NCBI GenBank assembly: GCA_003707115.1
Contig: PPNB01000019.1
Location: forward strand, 62,001-126,000
Length of the DNA stretch: 64,000 nt
Direction of reading: 5' to 3'
Origin: Tortispora ganteri
Lineage: Eukaryota
This document shows, piece after piece, positions 42,941-51,891 of this stretch. Both the position numbers and the translations under genes were made by a program. The notes under the pieces were generated by a model. It did not search any database, was not told where the DNA came from, and saw only the letters and a list, made by a program, of their open reading frames with translations. Numbering within the stretch: the stretch's first letter is position 1; each line of letters begins with the position of its first letter.

Positions 42941-43609
42941 ATGTCTCATCTCGTAAACATCCCCACAAGGAACAGTGCTGTGTCTACCAGACAAGTAGAA
43001 TCGCACTTAGAGCAATTATCTGCACTTGAAAGACAAATTTCCTCATTATTAGAGCACGCCTACAATGCCCTAAATGCATTGAACGGTGAGTTCAACTCCA
43101 AGGCTAAATCACAATTCGAAGAATCAGTAAAATCGTATTTCGGCACAATTCAAGCGGTCTCTAAAGGCCTAAAGAAACAGATCGACGATTTGAATAATGC
43201 AGATATTGTTCCTTCTACAATAGGCTTAAAAAATGGCTCTATAGGCAAGAAAAAATATAGTGAAACATTAGACTGGGCAGAGCGATTCATGAAAGAAAAC
43301 AATATCACAGTAGAGCTCCCTAAACACAATACTACTACATTATCCAATGAAAATATGCCACAAACTTCTCCAAATTTCGAAAACGACTTTCAAAATACTG
43401 ATATAATACTGCCAGATTCGATTCCAAAACAGCTAGACAATTTGGATATCACAATGACCGATATCCAATCAGCAGATAATACCTTTCAGAACGACGATAT
43501 AGCCTTGGATGATGATCTTATATCTGAATTATTGCCTGGAAGTGATATAAGTAAAGACTTAAGTACCAATGCGGAGACACCAAGTACTGAAACTCCAATA
43601 GAAACATAA
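42941..43609 (+). CDS. MED11: Probable Mediator subunit Med11 with a long acidic tail
   Basis: 'HLEQLSALERQISSLLEHAYNAL.AL...F......YF.TI..VS..LKKQI..L' helical pattern typical of Med11; ATG at 42941. Confidence 0.7.
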   Translation: MSHLVNIPTRNSAVSTRQVESHLEQLSALERQISSLLEHAYNALNALNGEFNSKAKSQFEESVKSYFGTIQAVSKGLKKQIDDLNNADIVPSTIGLKNGSIGKKKYSETLDWAERFMKENNITVELPKHNTTTLSNENMPQTSPNFENDFQNTDIILPDSIPKQLDNLDITMTDIQSADNTFQNDDIALDDDLISELLPGSDISKDLSTNAETPSTETPIET

Positions 43610-43653
43610 ATATCGACACCTGAAGGTTAAATGAACGCTAACGACGCATGCAA

Positions 43654-45594
43654 TCATATATCATCTATAGGCTCAACATCAATATTCTCAGCCAGCTCTA
43701 TTTCACCTATTTGTGGGGCTTGCGGATCTGCATTAGCATTCATACCAAAATAGTCCGACTCACCGTCTTCTTCAATTACTCTAGAACCGCTTGAGTGCAC
43801 AGAAGTTTCCCGAATACCCGCAATAATGGCCCGTTCGACCATAATTCTGTGCTTTATAAATAGCAGTTTAGGATAGACAGCTCTTGCACCCTCAGCTATC
43901 ATTCTGGCTAAAGATTCTCTTGTCGGATCAGTAAGGATATGTATCAGATCAGACGGAATTGTCTTCGGAGACAGCGTTACAGTTCCTTCAAATTTTTGTA
44001 GAAACACGTTAGACCAGTCTTGACCCATAAAGTTCGGAATGAGCCGCAAATCTTTCAGAACTTTTAGCCATTTGTTTAAGTCATGCTTAATATAGCCTTC
44101 TAATGCACTTCCAACAAACCCACCTCTCCAGCCTTTACCTTTCCTCTGTGGAACCGGGTTACCCACAGCTCCTCGAGGAGAATAGAAGAATAACACCACA
44201 TGCGGGTTCACTTGCGATACTATAGAGAAATTGACATTAAAGTAGGTATTGAGAGCTCTTAAGGGTATGTCAGTTCGTAAGCTGCCGTCGCGCCACTTGT
44301 TGCCAAAACTATACGGAGACAGTTGACCTGTCGGTGATTTCATCATTAATACGACAGGATTTAATATTCCAGGAACTGCAGAAGATGCCAACAGGGTAGA
44401 CCAAATAACGGCGTTGGGTGATGTGATGTAATTACATAAAATGACAGGCGAGTTAGGATCAGCAGGAACTGTTGATATATTTAGAATCTTGCCTGTTCGC
44501 TCATACGCTTCCTTGAAAGTCATACTGCCCAATGTAAACCAAGTAGCTTTGCGTGCCCATTTAACGGCGTCATACCTAGCACCGGTGTGCCACCATCTCT
44601 TCGTTAGGACAGCTAGGCTTTCATCACAGGCTGTAATTTTGTCTGCTAATTCGGGAACAAGAAGTTCTTTCAGCTCATCATTAGTTCGCGTACAGGCAAA
44701 AGCAGCAACTAATCCACCACCGGACGTTCCAGTGATAACGTTCGGTAGCATGTCCTCGTCAAGCAGAGCTTTGATTACACCAAAGTGGTAATAGGCGTAA
44801 GAGCCTCCTCCACTTAAGCAAAGAGCGGTTCTCCCATAGTTTTTGTCCACGCTTTTGAAAAACCTGTATTTTCGTTCAACTGGAATTTCGGGGCTTTGTA
44901 AGACGTACTGTAAACCGCTTGTAACTTCTTCCTTGAAACTAGCAACCAAATTTTTGGTTCCGTAATAGCATTGGCTATATAATCCTGGGTTCTCACTTCC
45001 GCAAAAATTATTCTTTACACATGCATCTAAAACACTAAGAGCTTTTTCTGCGTCACCAGCTTCTCGAGCGGCTTTAAGCTGAGAGACTGTGCCACTTACC
45101 GTGTGGTAGTTGTAAAGGGAAGATTGGGGACGGCTTCTCCATGACTTTGAGGCACCAAGAAAAGCGTCTAGATCTTCGGCTATCGCTATCCACTCTTTGT
45201 AAGATGTCGCATGTGACAATTTTTGCCTTAAGAGTCTCCGTTGACCTCGCCAAGTTACAGTCTGTTCATAGATGATCACATATATTCGCACCAGAAGATA
45301 CAGGATGCTCAGTGATATAAGCCACATGCACGCCAATAGCAAAATAGGCCATCTCAGTAGACTATATCCAATACTTTGTCCAAAATCGTCGTAAGAGTTG
45401 ACCCTCTTACGCCGATTATGCCTTCTAGATGCAAGGATCGGTTGGTGGATCGGCCGCCAATCATTGTGAGATCTGATGAACTCCACTTTAGGAGTTGAAG
45501 CCCCGGAAATTGTGTTGTCTATAGTCAGCGCCTGTCGGAATGCTTCTATGTCATCTTCATTGATATATGTTTCATCGAATTGGCTAGCAGGCAT
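43654..45594 (-). CDS. Patatin-like phospholipase / triacylglycerol lipase (Tgl3/4/5-related)
   Basis: 'GRTALCLSGGG', nucleophile 'GTSGG', 'WRDGSLRTDIP', 'VSQVNPH'. Confidence 0.9.
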   Translation of the reverse strand: MPASQFDETYINEDDIEAFRQALTIDNTISGASTPKVEFIRSHNDWRPIHQPILASRRHNRRKRVNSYDDFGQSIGYSLLRWPILLLACMWLISLSILYLLVRIYVIIYEQTVTWRGQRRLLRQKLSHATSYKEWIAIAEDLDAFLGASKSWRSRPQSSLYNYHTVSGTVSQLKAAREAGDAEKALSVLDACVKNNFCGSENPGLYSQCYYGTKNLVASFKEEVTSGLQYVLQSPEIPVERKYRFFKSVDKNYGRTALCLSGGGSYAYYHFGVIKALLDEDMLPNVITGTSGGGLVAAFACTRTNDELKELLVPELADKITACDESLAVLTKRWWHTGARYDAVKWARKATWFTLGSMTFKEAYERTGKILNISTVPADPNSPVILCNYITSPNAVIWSTLLASSAVPGILNPVVLMMKSPTGQLSPYSFGNKWRDGSLRTDIPLRALNTYFNVNFSIVSQVNPHVVLFFYSPRGAVGNPVPQRKGKGWRGGFVGSALEGYIKHDLNKWLKVLKDLRLIPNFMGQDWSNVFLQKFEGTVTLSPKTIPSDLIHILTDPTRESLARMIAEGARAVYPKLLFIKHRIMVERAIIAGIRETSVHSSGSRVIEEDGESDYFGMNANADPQAPQIGEIELAENIDVEPIDDI

Positions 45595-45796
45595 GCTCGT
45601 ATTTCTCTATAAGACGGCGTTCAGTATGGAGGTTATTTCAAGGCATGTGTGTGAGTGATGCCGATGAATATATACGAGCCTTGTGCTGGGAGATCGCCAT
45701 AAGGCTCCACCAATCACAAGCGCTCCCACATTCGAAGCGGCATTGTCTTTTAATTGACATTTCGCGCTACAGGTTTTCCTATACGACAATGTTATA

Positions 45797-46744
45797 ATGT
45801 CTCTAATAGGCCCCTGGACTCGATTAAAAGGCCTGGAAGATCGATCGCCGTACTACGCACACTTCAACAGCACTGGAGTAGGCTACAGGCTGGTTTTAAC
45901 GGACCTGAGACAGATGTGGGAAGAGGAATGTAATGAGAACCGTTTAAGATCGAAAGCTGCACAGTTTAAATGTCCTGTTGATCCGACGCTTCCTGGACAA
46001 GCACAGACACTAGTTAAACATCTCAAAAATACTATATACAGCGTGAATAGCATGGAAATACAACTTGATGCTGATTCATTAACTCTCACGACCCATGAAC
46101 CGTTGAGAAGTGGTGATCAGCTCGACTGGACATACACCCTTACATGGACGCCAATGGATCTGTCTGGATTAGTATACGCGTTGATGCAGAATATAATTGC
46201 GCAGAAAAAGTATTCACAACAGTTAGAACACGATATCGCCCTTAAGGATTACCATATTAAGGTAATGCTTGACGAACGTAAAAGACTGGGACTCAATGAA
46301 TATATACCTGTAAGACATCCTGAAGCTCTTACGCCGCATGAACATATAAATATTTCAGTAAATTACGAAGATATCAAGCACTCGAATGAAATTATTGATA
46401 CGGCACTCCAGGATATGTATACGGTCAATTCGGCGCAGGAAGGTCTAGATCAGGCTCCTGCGCCTATATCGACATCATCTGGGGGTCGCAGAAAATTACA
46501 AGCAGTCGTTACAAAACGCAAAAAACTGGACGCAAAAGCCATAATTGAGAAAAATACAGAAAAACCAGAGCCGGAAGTCAAAAATGAGGGAAATAAATCA
46601 AAACTGAACTCAATAGTGGCCGCGCGACATCAGGTCAAAGAACAAAAATCTACACCAGAGTCTGATCGCGTGCTATTAACAGAAACAGTTCCTGCAACAG
46701 AACACAGAAAGAACTTTAAGAATAAACTAAAGAGGTTTCGATGA
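45797..46744 (+). CDS. NHEJ factor XLF/Nej1-like
   Basis: Head domain 'YRLVLTDLRQMWEE...A....CPVDPT...LDWTYTL', coiled coil, basic C-terminus ending KLKRFR (Ku-binding-like). Confidence 0.7.
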   Translation: MSLIGPWTRLKGLEDRSPYYAHFNSTGVGYRLVLTDLRQMWEEECNENRLRSKAAQFKCPVDPTLPGQAQTLVKHLKNTIYSVNSMEIQLDADSLTLTTHEPLRSGDQLDWTYTLTWTPMDLSGLVYALMQNIIAQKKYSQQLEHDIALKDYHIKVMLDERKRLGLNEYIPVRHPEALTPHEHINISVNYEDIKHSNEIIDTALQDMYTVNSAQEGLDQAPAPISTSSGGRRKLQAVVTKRKKLDAKAIIEKNTEKPEPEVKNEGNKSKLNSIVAARHQVKEQKSTPESDRVLLTETVPATEHRKNFKNKLKRFR

Positions 46745-47036
46745 GGTAGAAGTCAATTTTAATGAGTGAAATGGAATGTATGTGAGATTGGAGACATTCA
46801 TTGCATTAAATGCACAATTGAATGTACTATGATACACGAGTTATTAATTTTGCAGCACTTTTATTCACGATTTTGTTAAAAGAAATTTCTAACAAAATAT
46901 CAAATACTTCGAGCTAAATATAATCTCAAAACGAAATATAGATAGCCTTATCCTTCATGTATCAGGATCGAAATACCATGAGACTGCGACTTTATGTGAT
47001 TAAGATTGAAACATTGTAATTACATAGTGAATGCAG

Positions 47037-48365
47037 TTAATTCAGTTGCCGGAAATCATTCTTCCAGCTTGCAACGGTCATTGCGCTAATTGGTTCAGCA
47101 CCTTTAATAGCAGTAGACAATGCTGAGTCAAGTTTGACGCAGCTATCGATGAATAAGTCTATTTTTTTTAAAGAGCTTTCATTGTAGTCTTTAAATAGCG
47201 AAAGCTCAGCGTCCTCGTATATTTTTGGGAGCGATTCAAGCACTTTCCGGGGTGAATTATGAGCACCTGGCCCTTTCCTAAGCGTATTAAGTAATGAACT
47301 AAATGTTGAAATCCAATACTTCACAATAACAGAAACGACATCATCCAGGGTATCGCACTTCAGTGAGTTAATGCCTATATAATCCTGAATATCTGGGTCA
47401 GGAAACGTTTGCTTAAGAATCTCAACTATGAGTCCTTCGAATTTCATAACAAAATAGTCTGCGAGGTCTTTTAGAAAAATCATTGAAGTGGTATTTCCTA
47501 TAACCGCAGACGGGGCGGGAGGATTGTGAAAGCTTGAGCAAATTGAAACTGATTTTGCAGTTTTCGCACGAAGCGCAGAGTGTCGAATAAGTTTAGGAGG
47601 AGAAGAAACCAAATGCAATGTAGATGTTGTGTGTTGAGTTGACACTGTAGTGGTCGTAGGTGTAATATGTGGGTTGGTCGAAGGAAGGTCAGGCGCATCC
47701 GCCATATCAACATTATCTTTATCATAGTCATTTGAAACTGTAGAGTCAGTTCCGAGGTATAGTGCTTTAATTTCGTCAACCAGCGCATTTGCATTAAGAC
47801 CAGGAGTATATGACACCACAGGAATGTTGATTGTGAAGGCTCTGACAGCCAAGTTCTGGTCGTTGGTCAGAAGGATTGCAGGCAATATGTCGTTGACGGA
47901 TTCACAGCACTGCAATATGGCATCATCGCCGCCAGACGAAGGAGGAATAGAAGGTGTAGGCTGGCAATAAAGAGCTGGATTAGCATTACCTAAAGTGTTT
48001 GAGAGCCATCTGTTGGCGCGTCGAGCCATTGTGGCAACATCAAGGCCCGATTCACTGCTGCTTGATTCTCTATTTTTCAGGTAATCAAGTTCTCTAATCA
48101 CTGCCCATGGGATAACAATAACAATATTGTTTTCGGCTGATACGCGAAGTATACTGTCTATTAATGACAAATGGCTTAGTACGAAATTAGTATCAAGCAC
48201 AAGCGCCGCTAGCAGGTTTGACGATAAAGGTTTCGAATGGGGAACTTTTATGAGACTTTTCTTGACGGGTGATCGCCGTTCAGAAGCCACGATTTGCGTC
48301 AGTATGTTGATTTGCTCTGGCTCGTAAACATCCGTCATTTCGACATCTTCATCGTCGTAATCCAT
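47037..48365 (-). CDS. SWT1: PIN-domain RNA endonuclease Swt1
   Basis: 'LVLDTNFVLSHL', 'IPWAVIRELDYLK', 'ARRANRWL', 'DDAILQCC', 'LLTNDQNL'. Confidence 0.85.
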   Translation of the reverse strand: MDYDDEDVEMTDVYEPEQINILTQIVASERRSPVKKSLIKVPHSKPLSSNLLAALVLDTNFVLSHLSLIDSILRVSAENNIVIVIPWAVIRELDYLKNRESSSSESGLDVATMARRANRWLSNTLGNANPALYCQPTPSIPPSSGGDDAILQCCESVNDILPAILLTNDQNLAVRAFTINIPVVSYTPGLNANALVDEIKALYLGTDSTVSNDYDKDNVDMADAPDLPSTNPHITPTTTTVSTQHTTSTLHLVSSPPKLIRHSALRAKTAKSVSICSSFHNPPAPSAVIGNTTSMIFLKDLADYFVMKFEGLIVEILKQTFPDPDIQDYIGINSLKCDTLDDVVSVIVKYWISTFSSLLNTLRKGPGAHNSPRKVLESLPKIYEDAELSLFKDYNESSLKKIDLFIDSCVKLDSALSTAIKGAEPISAMTVASWKNDFRQLN

Positions 48366-48796
48366 CTTCGTTGGTGTTTGTGAATTGCCTGGTCCTGCCC
48401 CATGTGGGAGCTAAGTGTAGATTAGTCGAGTTTGACGGAAAAATTTAGTGAAGTAGAAAAAGAAGAGGGAACTATGGTTATCACTAAAATGTCAGCGGCG
48501 CTTTTTCTAAGCCAATAAAAATATTGAAAACAAAGAAGAGAAAAGAAAAATCCCGACTTAAAGAACGAGATACATTTGTGAATATCAGAGTGATCTCTAC
48601 AATCTAAGCCACTATAAAGCGGACACTACTGAACTAAACATAGCTTAGCTGTCTCGGTCATAGTATACAGCTAGGTCTCGGACATGTCAATAAGTTCTAC
48701 AGCAAAGAGACAAACTGCGCCTCTGACAAATACATAGTAAATAGGTTGACAATACATCATCATTTCAGTACATATCGTACGATAGACTTAAAAGGC

Positions 48797-49126
48797 TTAG
48801 GCGTGATTCTTGGCGAGACGTTTGGCGATACGATTCTCATCCAATAAGAAAGATCGGACAATCTTCTCACGAACGCAAGTAGCGCAACGCGATCCTCCGT
48901 AGGCACGTTGAACGGTCTTCTTAGTTCTAGAAAGTTTGGAGTATTCGCGAGGTCTAACAGCAGCAATTCCAGGTAGAGGAATACCGCAGTCACCGCAGCG
49001 GGGACGACCAGCAGCCTTCTTAACACGGAGGTATCTGAGCTTTCCACCAGGAGTCTTAACAACTTTGACGTTGTTTGACTTGGTGTTATATGACTTTCTT
49101 GTTCGGAGGGTTAATCGTTGAGCCAT
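48797..49126 (-). CDS. RPL34: 60S ribosomal protein eL34 (CDS without intron)
   Basis: 'MAQRLTLR..SYNTKSN..KVVKTPGG', 'RAYGGSRCA.CVRE.IVRSFL.DE'. Confidence 0.97.
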   Translation of the reverse strand: MAQRLTLRTRKSYNTKSNNVKVVKTPGGKLRYLRVKKAAGRPRCGDCGIPLPGIAAVRPREYSKLSRTKKTVQRAYGGSRCATCVREKIVRSFLLDENRIAKRLAKNHA

Positions 49127-49209
49127 GCTTTGTTATGTGTAGTATATAGATACAAATCTGTATGCCGAGAGGTTTCGATATGCGTTGTTACTTGAGGTCC
49201 CAACTGCGA

Positions 49210-49249
49210 CGTGACTGGTATTTAGTTTAGTCATAGGGCTACAAACCCT
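49210..49249 (-). promoter_or_regulatory. Homol-D box (CAGTCACG) plus Tbf1/Homol-E-like sites in the RPL34 promoter
   Basis: cgtgactg at 49210-49217; TAGGGCTA at 49234-49241 and AACCCT at 49244-49249. Confidence 0.6.
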
Positions 49250-49558
49250 CTTAGCAACCACCCCCGCTATAGACCGCTTGATATTAGTACGGCAGCAGTG
49301 ATGTTATAACAGGTCTATTACCATGTCTATCAATCATTGTAGCGTAATTAATAGATTGTATAAGTTCTGAGACAAGTTATGGTAGACTACTTAGTACAAG
49401 GAATCCAATAGTTTTGGTCAGAAGCGTAGCTAGATAGATATATTCCGCTTCGAGACCCTACGTAGCATATAGCACAGACACACTGAAGAGATACACAGGG
49501 CGATAGATATTTAAATTAAATTAGATTGAGTTGAATTTGAGTGGTTAACAGTATATAG

Positions 49559-49972
49559 CTACTCAAGAGCTATAGCCTCGACTTCGACATCAACGCCCAG
49601 CGGGAGCTGCTTGACGGCCACGCAGGAGCGAGCTGGGCGAGTTTCACCAAAATACTTAATATAAGCGGAATTGAATTCACCAAAGTTGGTCATATCATCT
49701 AAAAATACGTTTATTTTAACAACTTTCTCCAAAGAAGAGCCCGCAGCCTCTACAACAGCCTTAATGTTCTCGATGCATTGCGCGGAACGATCGGCTAATG
49801 TTCCTTGGACAGGTTTGCCGTCAGGAGTGTAGGGGATCTGTCCCGACACATAAATGAACCCTCCTGCTTTTATAGCTTGTGAGTATGGTGCTGCAGGAGG
49901 AGGAGCATTGGTTGTGGAAATTTTGGTAGACATTGTGCGTAAATGTTTCAGCAAGGCTTTAGCTCTGTGCAT
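49559..49972 (-). CDS. MMF1: RidA/YjgF/UK114 enamine deaminase (Mmf1/Hmf1-like); in-frame ATGs at 49972 and 49933
   Basis: 'APYSQAIK....YVSGQIP', 'VVKINVFL.DM..F.EFN..Y', 'PARSCVAVKQLPLG.DVEVE'. Confidence 0.9.
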   Translation of the reverse strand: MHRAKALLKHLRTMSTKISTTNAPPPAAPYSQAIKAGGFIYVSGQIPYTPDGKPVQGTLADRSAQCIENIKAVVEAAGSSLEKVVKINVFLDDMTNFGEFNSAYIKYFGETRPARSCVAVKQLPLGVDVEVEAIALE

Positions 49973-50048
49973 GCGGTAGAAGAAGTTCAGACGCGGCGAG
50001 GTTAGGGGGTGTACTTTCACACCCAAGTAATGACATCTAACTTCGACA

Positions 50049-50702
50049 ATGAAGAAAAAGAAATCATCATTCATTGAAACGCTGACGCAACCATGGTGTT
50101 TTTACTGCGAAAGAAGTTTTGATTCGCTCAAGGTATTGATAGATCACCAGAAGTCTAAGCATTATAACTGCGAAAGATGCAATAGACAACTCAGGACCGC
50201 TGGCGGACTAAAAATACATATGTCGCAAGTACACAAAGAGACGCTAAAGAAAGTGCACAATGCATTACCGGATAGAGATACTCCTAATCTTGAAATATTT
50301 GGAATGGAAGGTATTCCGGAACCGGTTCTTGCTCAAAGACAGGCTCGTATAATAGCGGATCAGCAGAAGGAAATGGAGTTTTTGAAATTGATAAAAAGAA
50401 TTCAGTCGCAGCAAGAAGCAGCATCGCGAAGACGTCTGCTAGTTCCAGACAGGAAAGAGCTACAAGCGCAAGTTGAGCTATGGAGGGCGAGGGTAAAACA
50501 CACCGCATCCACCAGCTTCTATAGTAAGCCAAAAGAAGAAGGCTTATCTTTTCCGGCAGCGCATTTCCTGAATCTGCCCCCGAGTCTGCACTCCAAGGTA
50601 GGTCAACAAAGACTTCCTCCAGCTTTACCCTTTTCATATGATAATGCATACACAGAAAACATAGTTATACCTAGCCAGCATTCGAAGCCGTGTCCGTTTT
50701 GA
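50049..50702 (+). CDS. C2H2 zinc-finger protein, ZNF207/BuGZ family
   Basis: 'PWCFYCERSF....LI.HQK.KHY.C..C.R.L.TAGGL.IHM.QVHKE....V.NALP.R....EIFGMEGIP'. Confidence 0.88.
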   Translation: MKKKKSSFIETLTQPWCFYCERSFDSLKVLIDHQKSKHYNCERCNRQLRTAGGLKIHMSQVHKETLKKVHNALPDRDTPNLEIFGMEGIPEPVLAQRQARIIADQQKEMEFLKLIKRIQSQQEAASRRRLLVPDRKELQAQVELWRARVKHTASTSFYSKPKEEGLSFPAAHFLNLPPSLHSKVGQQRLPPALPFSYDNAYTENIVIPSQHSKPCPF

Positions 50703-51773
50703 TTATCGCCGTTTGAAATCGAAGCTCAGCTCGAGAATACCATCCTTGAACGAGCTGACAAACGGGTGACTTGTGTTCTTAGTAGTCCTGTTCCATGGAC
50801 CGGTTGCAATTCTAAAAGCAACATCCTTGTATGGGGGACCTGCATGAAACACTATTATAGAACTTGTGTCGTCGTTTCTTTTGATGTCGTACTTGGGAAT
50901 TGTTCCGGGGCTCAAGTCAGGGTAGTAAAGCTTGAACCTGTAGCCGTGAGGCACCTTAGGCGGAGGCTTGTCTTCGTTATAATGCGTGCGATTGTATCGA
51001 TTCCAAGTGTATCCAAGGATGACCTTATTGAAATATTTCGGTTCAATTCCGCTTGAATCCACATCTATTCTATCATCAAATTGATCTTCGTTTTCAACAC
51101 CTCCGTCTGGCGTCACATACTCTTTCGTATTAATATCTTCTTTAACTTCATTCGACACAGGAGCTTCATGAGAAGTCAATGTTTTAGCTTTCGATCTAAA
51201 TTCAGAATTTGATTCAGTAGCCCGTAGAATTTTTCTCTCCAGTATAACATTTTTGTGCACGGCAAGAATATCACGTTTGGCTACTTCTTGGTCTACTAGA
51301 GTCGCAATAGCCTGCCAGTATGCTTGAGTTTCGGTTTGAGTTGTGGAAATCTTTTTGAGTTCATTTAATTCGTCAGGTTTCAATTTAGAAATGATATTCA
51401 ACACTTCATTATTTACCATTTCTAGCTCTTTGCTTTTGGGCAGCTTTCTGCACAACGCTTCCAAGGCCTTCCAGTACTTCTTCTCATGTATCGACTCTTC
51501 GGCTTTCTGTTTGACCTGCAGAAGCAGCAGCTCGTCCTTATTAACTAAGTCTGCCGGGTTATTTATTGGGTAATCAAGCACCATAGCCCTGTCTGATTCG
51601 TCAAGCTCTTCAAAGTATCGCTTAATGGGCATGTTGAGCACCAAATGATCTATACAACTGGCTCTGTCATTCTTGATTCGCTTGATTGCCTTGTTTATCC
51701 CTTGAATAACTACAAATTCGTCTTCTTTCTTTGCATACTCGTACTCAAGTTCATCCAAGTTCCCGCGTTGCAT
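50703..51773 (-). CDS. Splicing factor cactin (Cay1-like), compact form
   Basis: Mid domain 'EDEFVV.Q...KAIKRIKNDRA..ID.L'; C-terminal 'PKYFNKV..GY.WNRYN.THY....PPPKV..GYRF..YYPDL','AGPPY.D.AF'; first ATG 51773. Confidence 0.88.
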   Translation of the reverse strand: MQRGNLDELEYEYAKKEDEFVVIQGINKAIKRIKNDRASCIDHLVLNMPIKRYFEELDESDRAMVLDYPINNPADLVNKDELLLLQVKQKAEESIHEKKYWKALEALCRKLPKSKELEMVNNEVLNIISKLKPDELNELKKISTTQTETQAYWQAIATLVDQEVAKRDILAVHKNVILERKILRATESNSEFRSKAKTLTSHEAPVSNEVKEDINTKEYVTPDGGVENEDQFDDRIDVDSSGIEPKYFNKVILGYTWNRYNRTHYNEDKPPPKVPHGYRFKLYYPDLSPGTIPKYDIKRNDDTSSIIVFHAGPPYKDVAFRIATGPWNRTTKNTSHPFVSSFKDGILELSFDFKRR

Positions 51774-51891
51774 TTTATTTATCAATATCGCAGGCTAATG
51801 TTGTGTTCACATGATCTAAAACAAATTTGAGCCCCACGCGTACAATGCACACTTTCCCACATTAAGCACGCCCTGTCGCGCAAAAGTCACC

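Noticed and set aside
48585..48763. Minus-strand ATGATGA...CTGA pair and small hairpins downstream of RPL34
   Set aside because: Begins about 35 nt after the stop codon in the probable 3'UTR; no in-register terminal stem or recognisable rRNA guide
49973..50074. ORF-track N-terminal extension of RidA (MNDDFFFF...)
   Set aside because: Overlaps the start of the divergent BuGZ-like CDS; ATGs at 49972 and 49933 fit the family better
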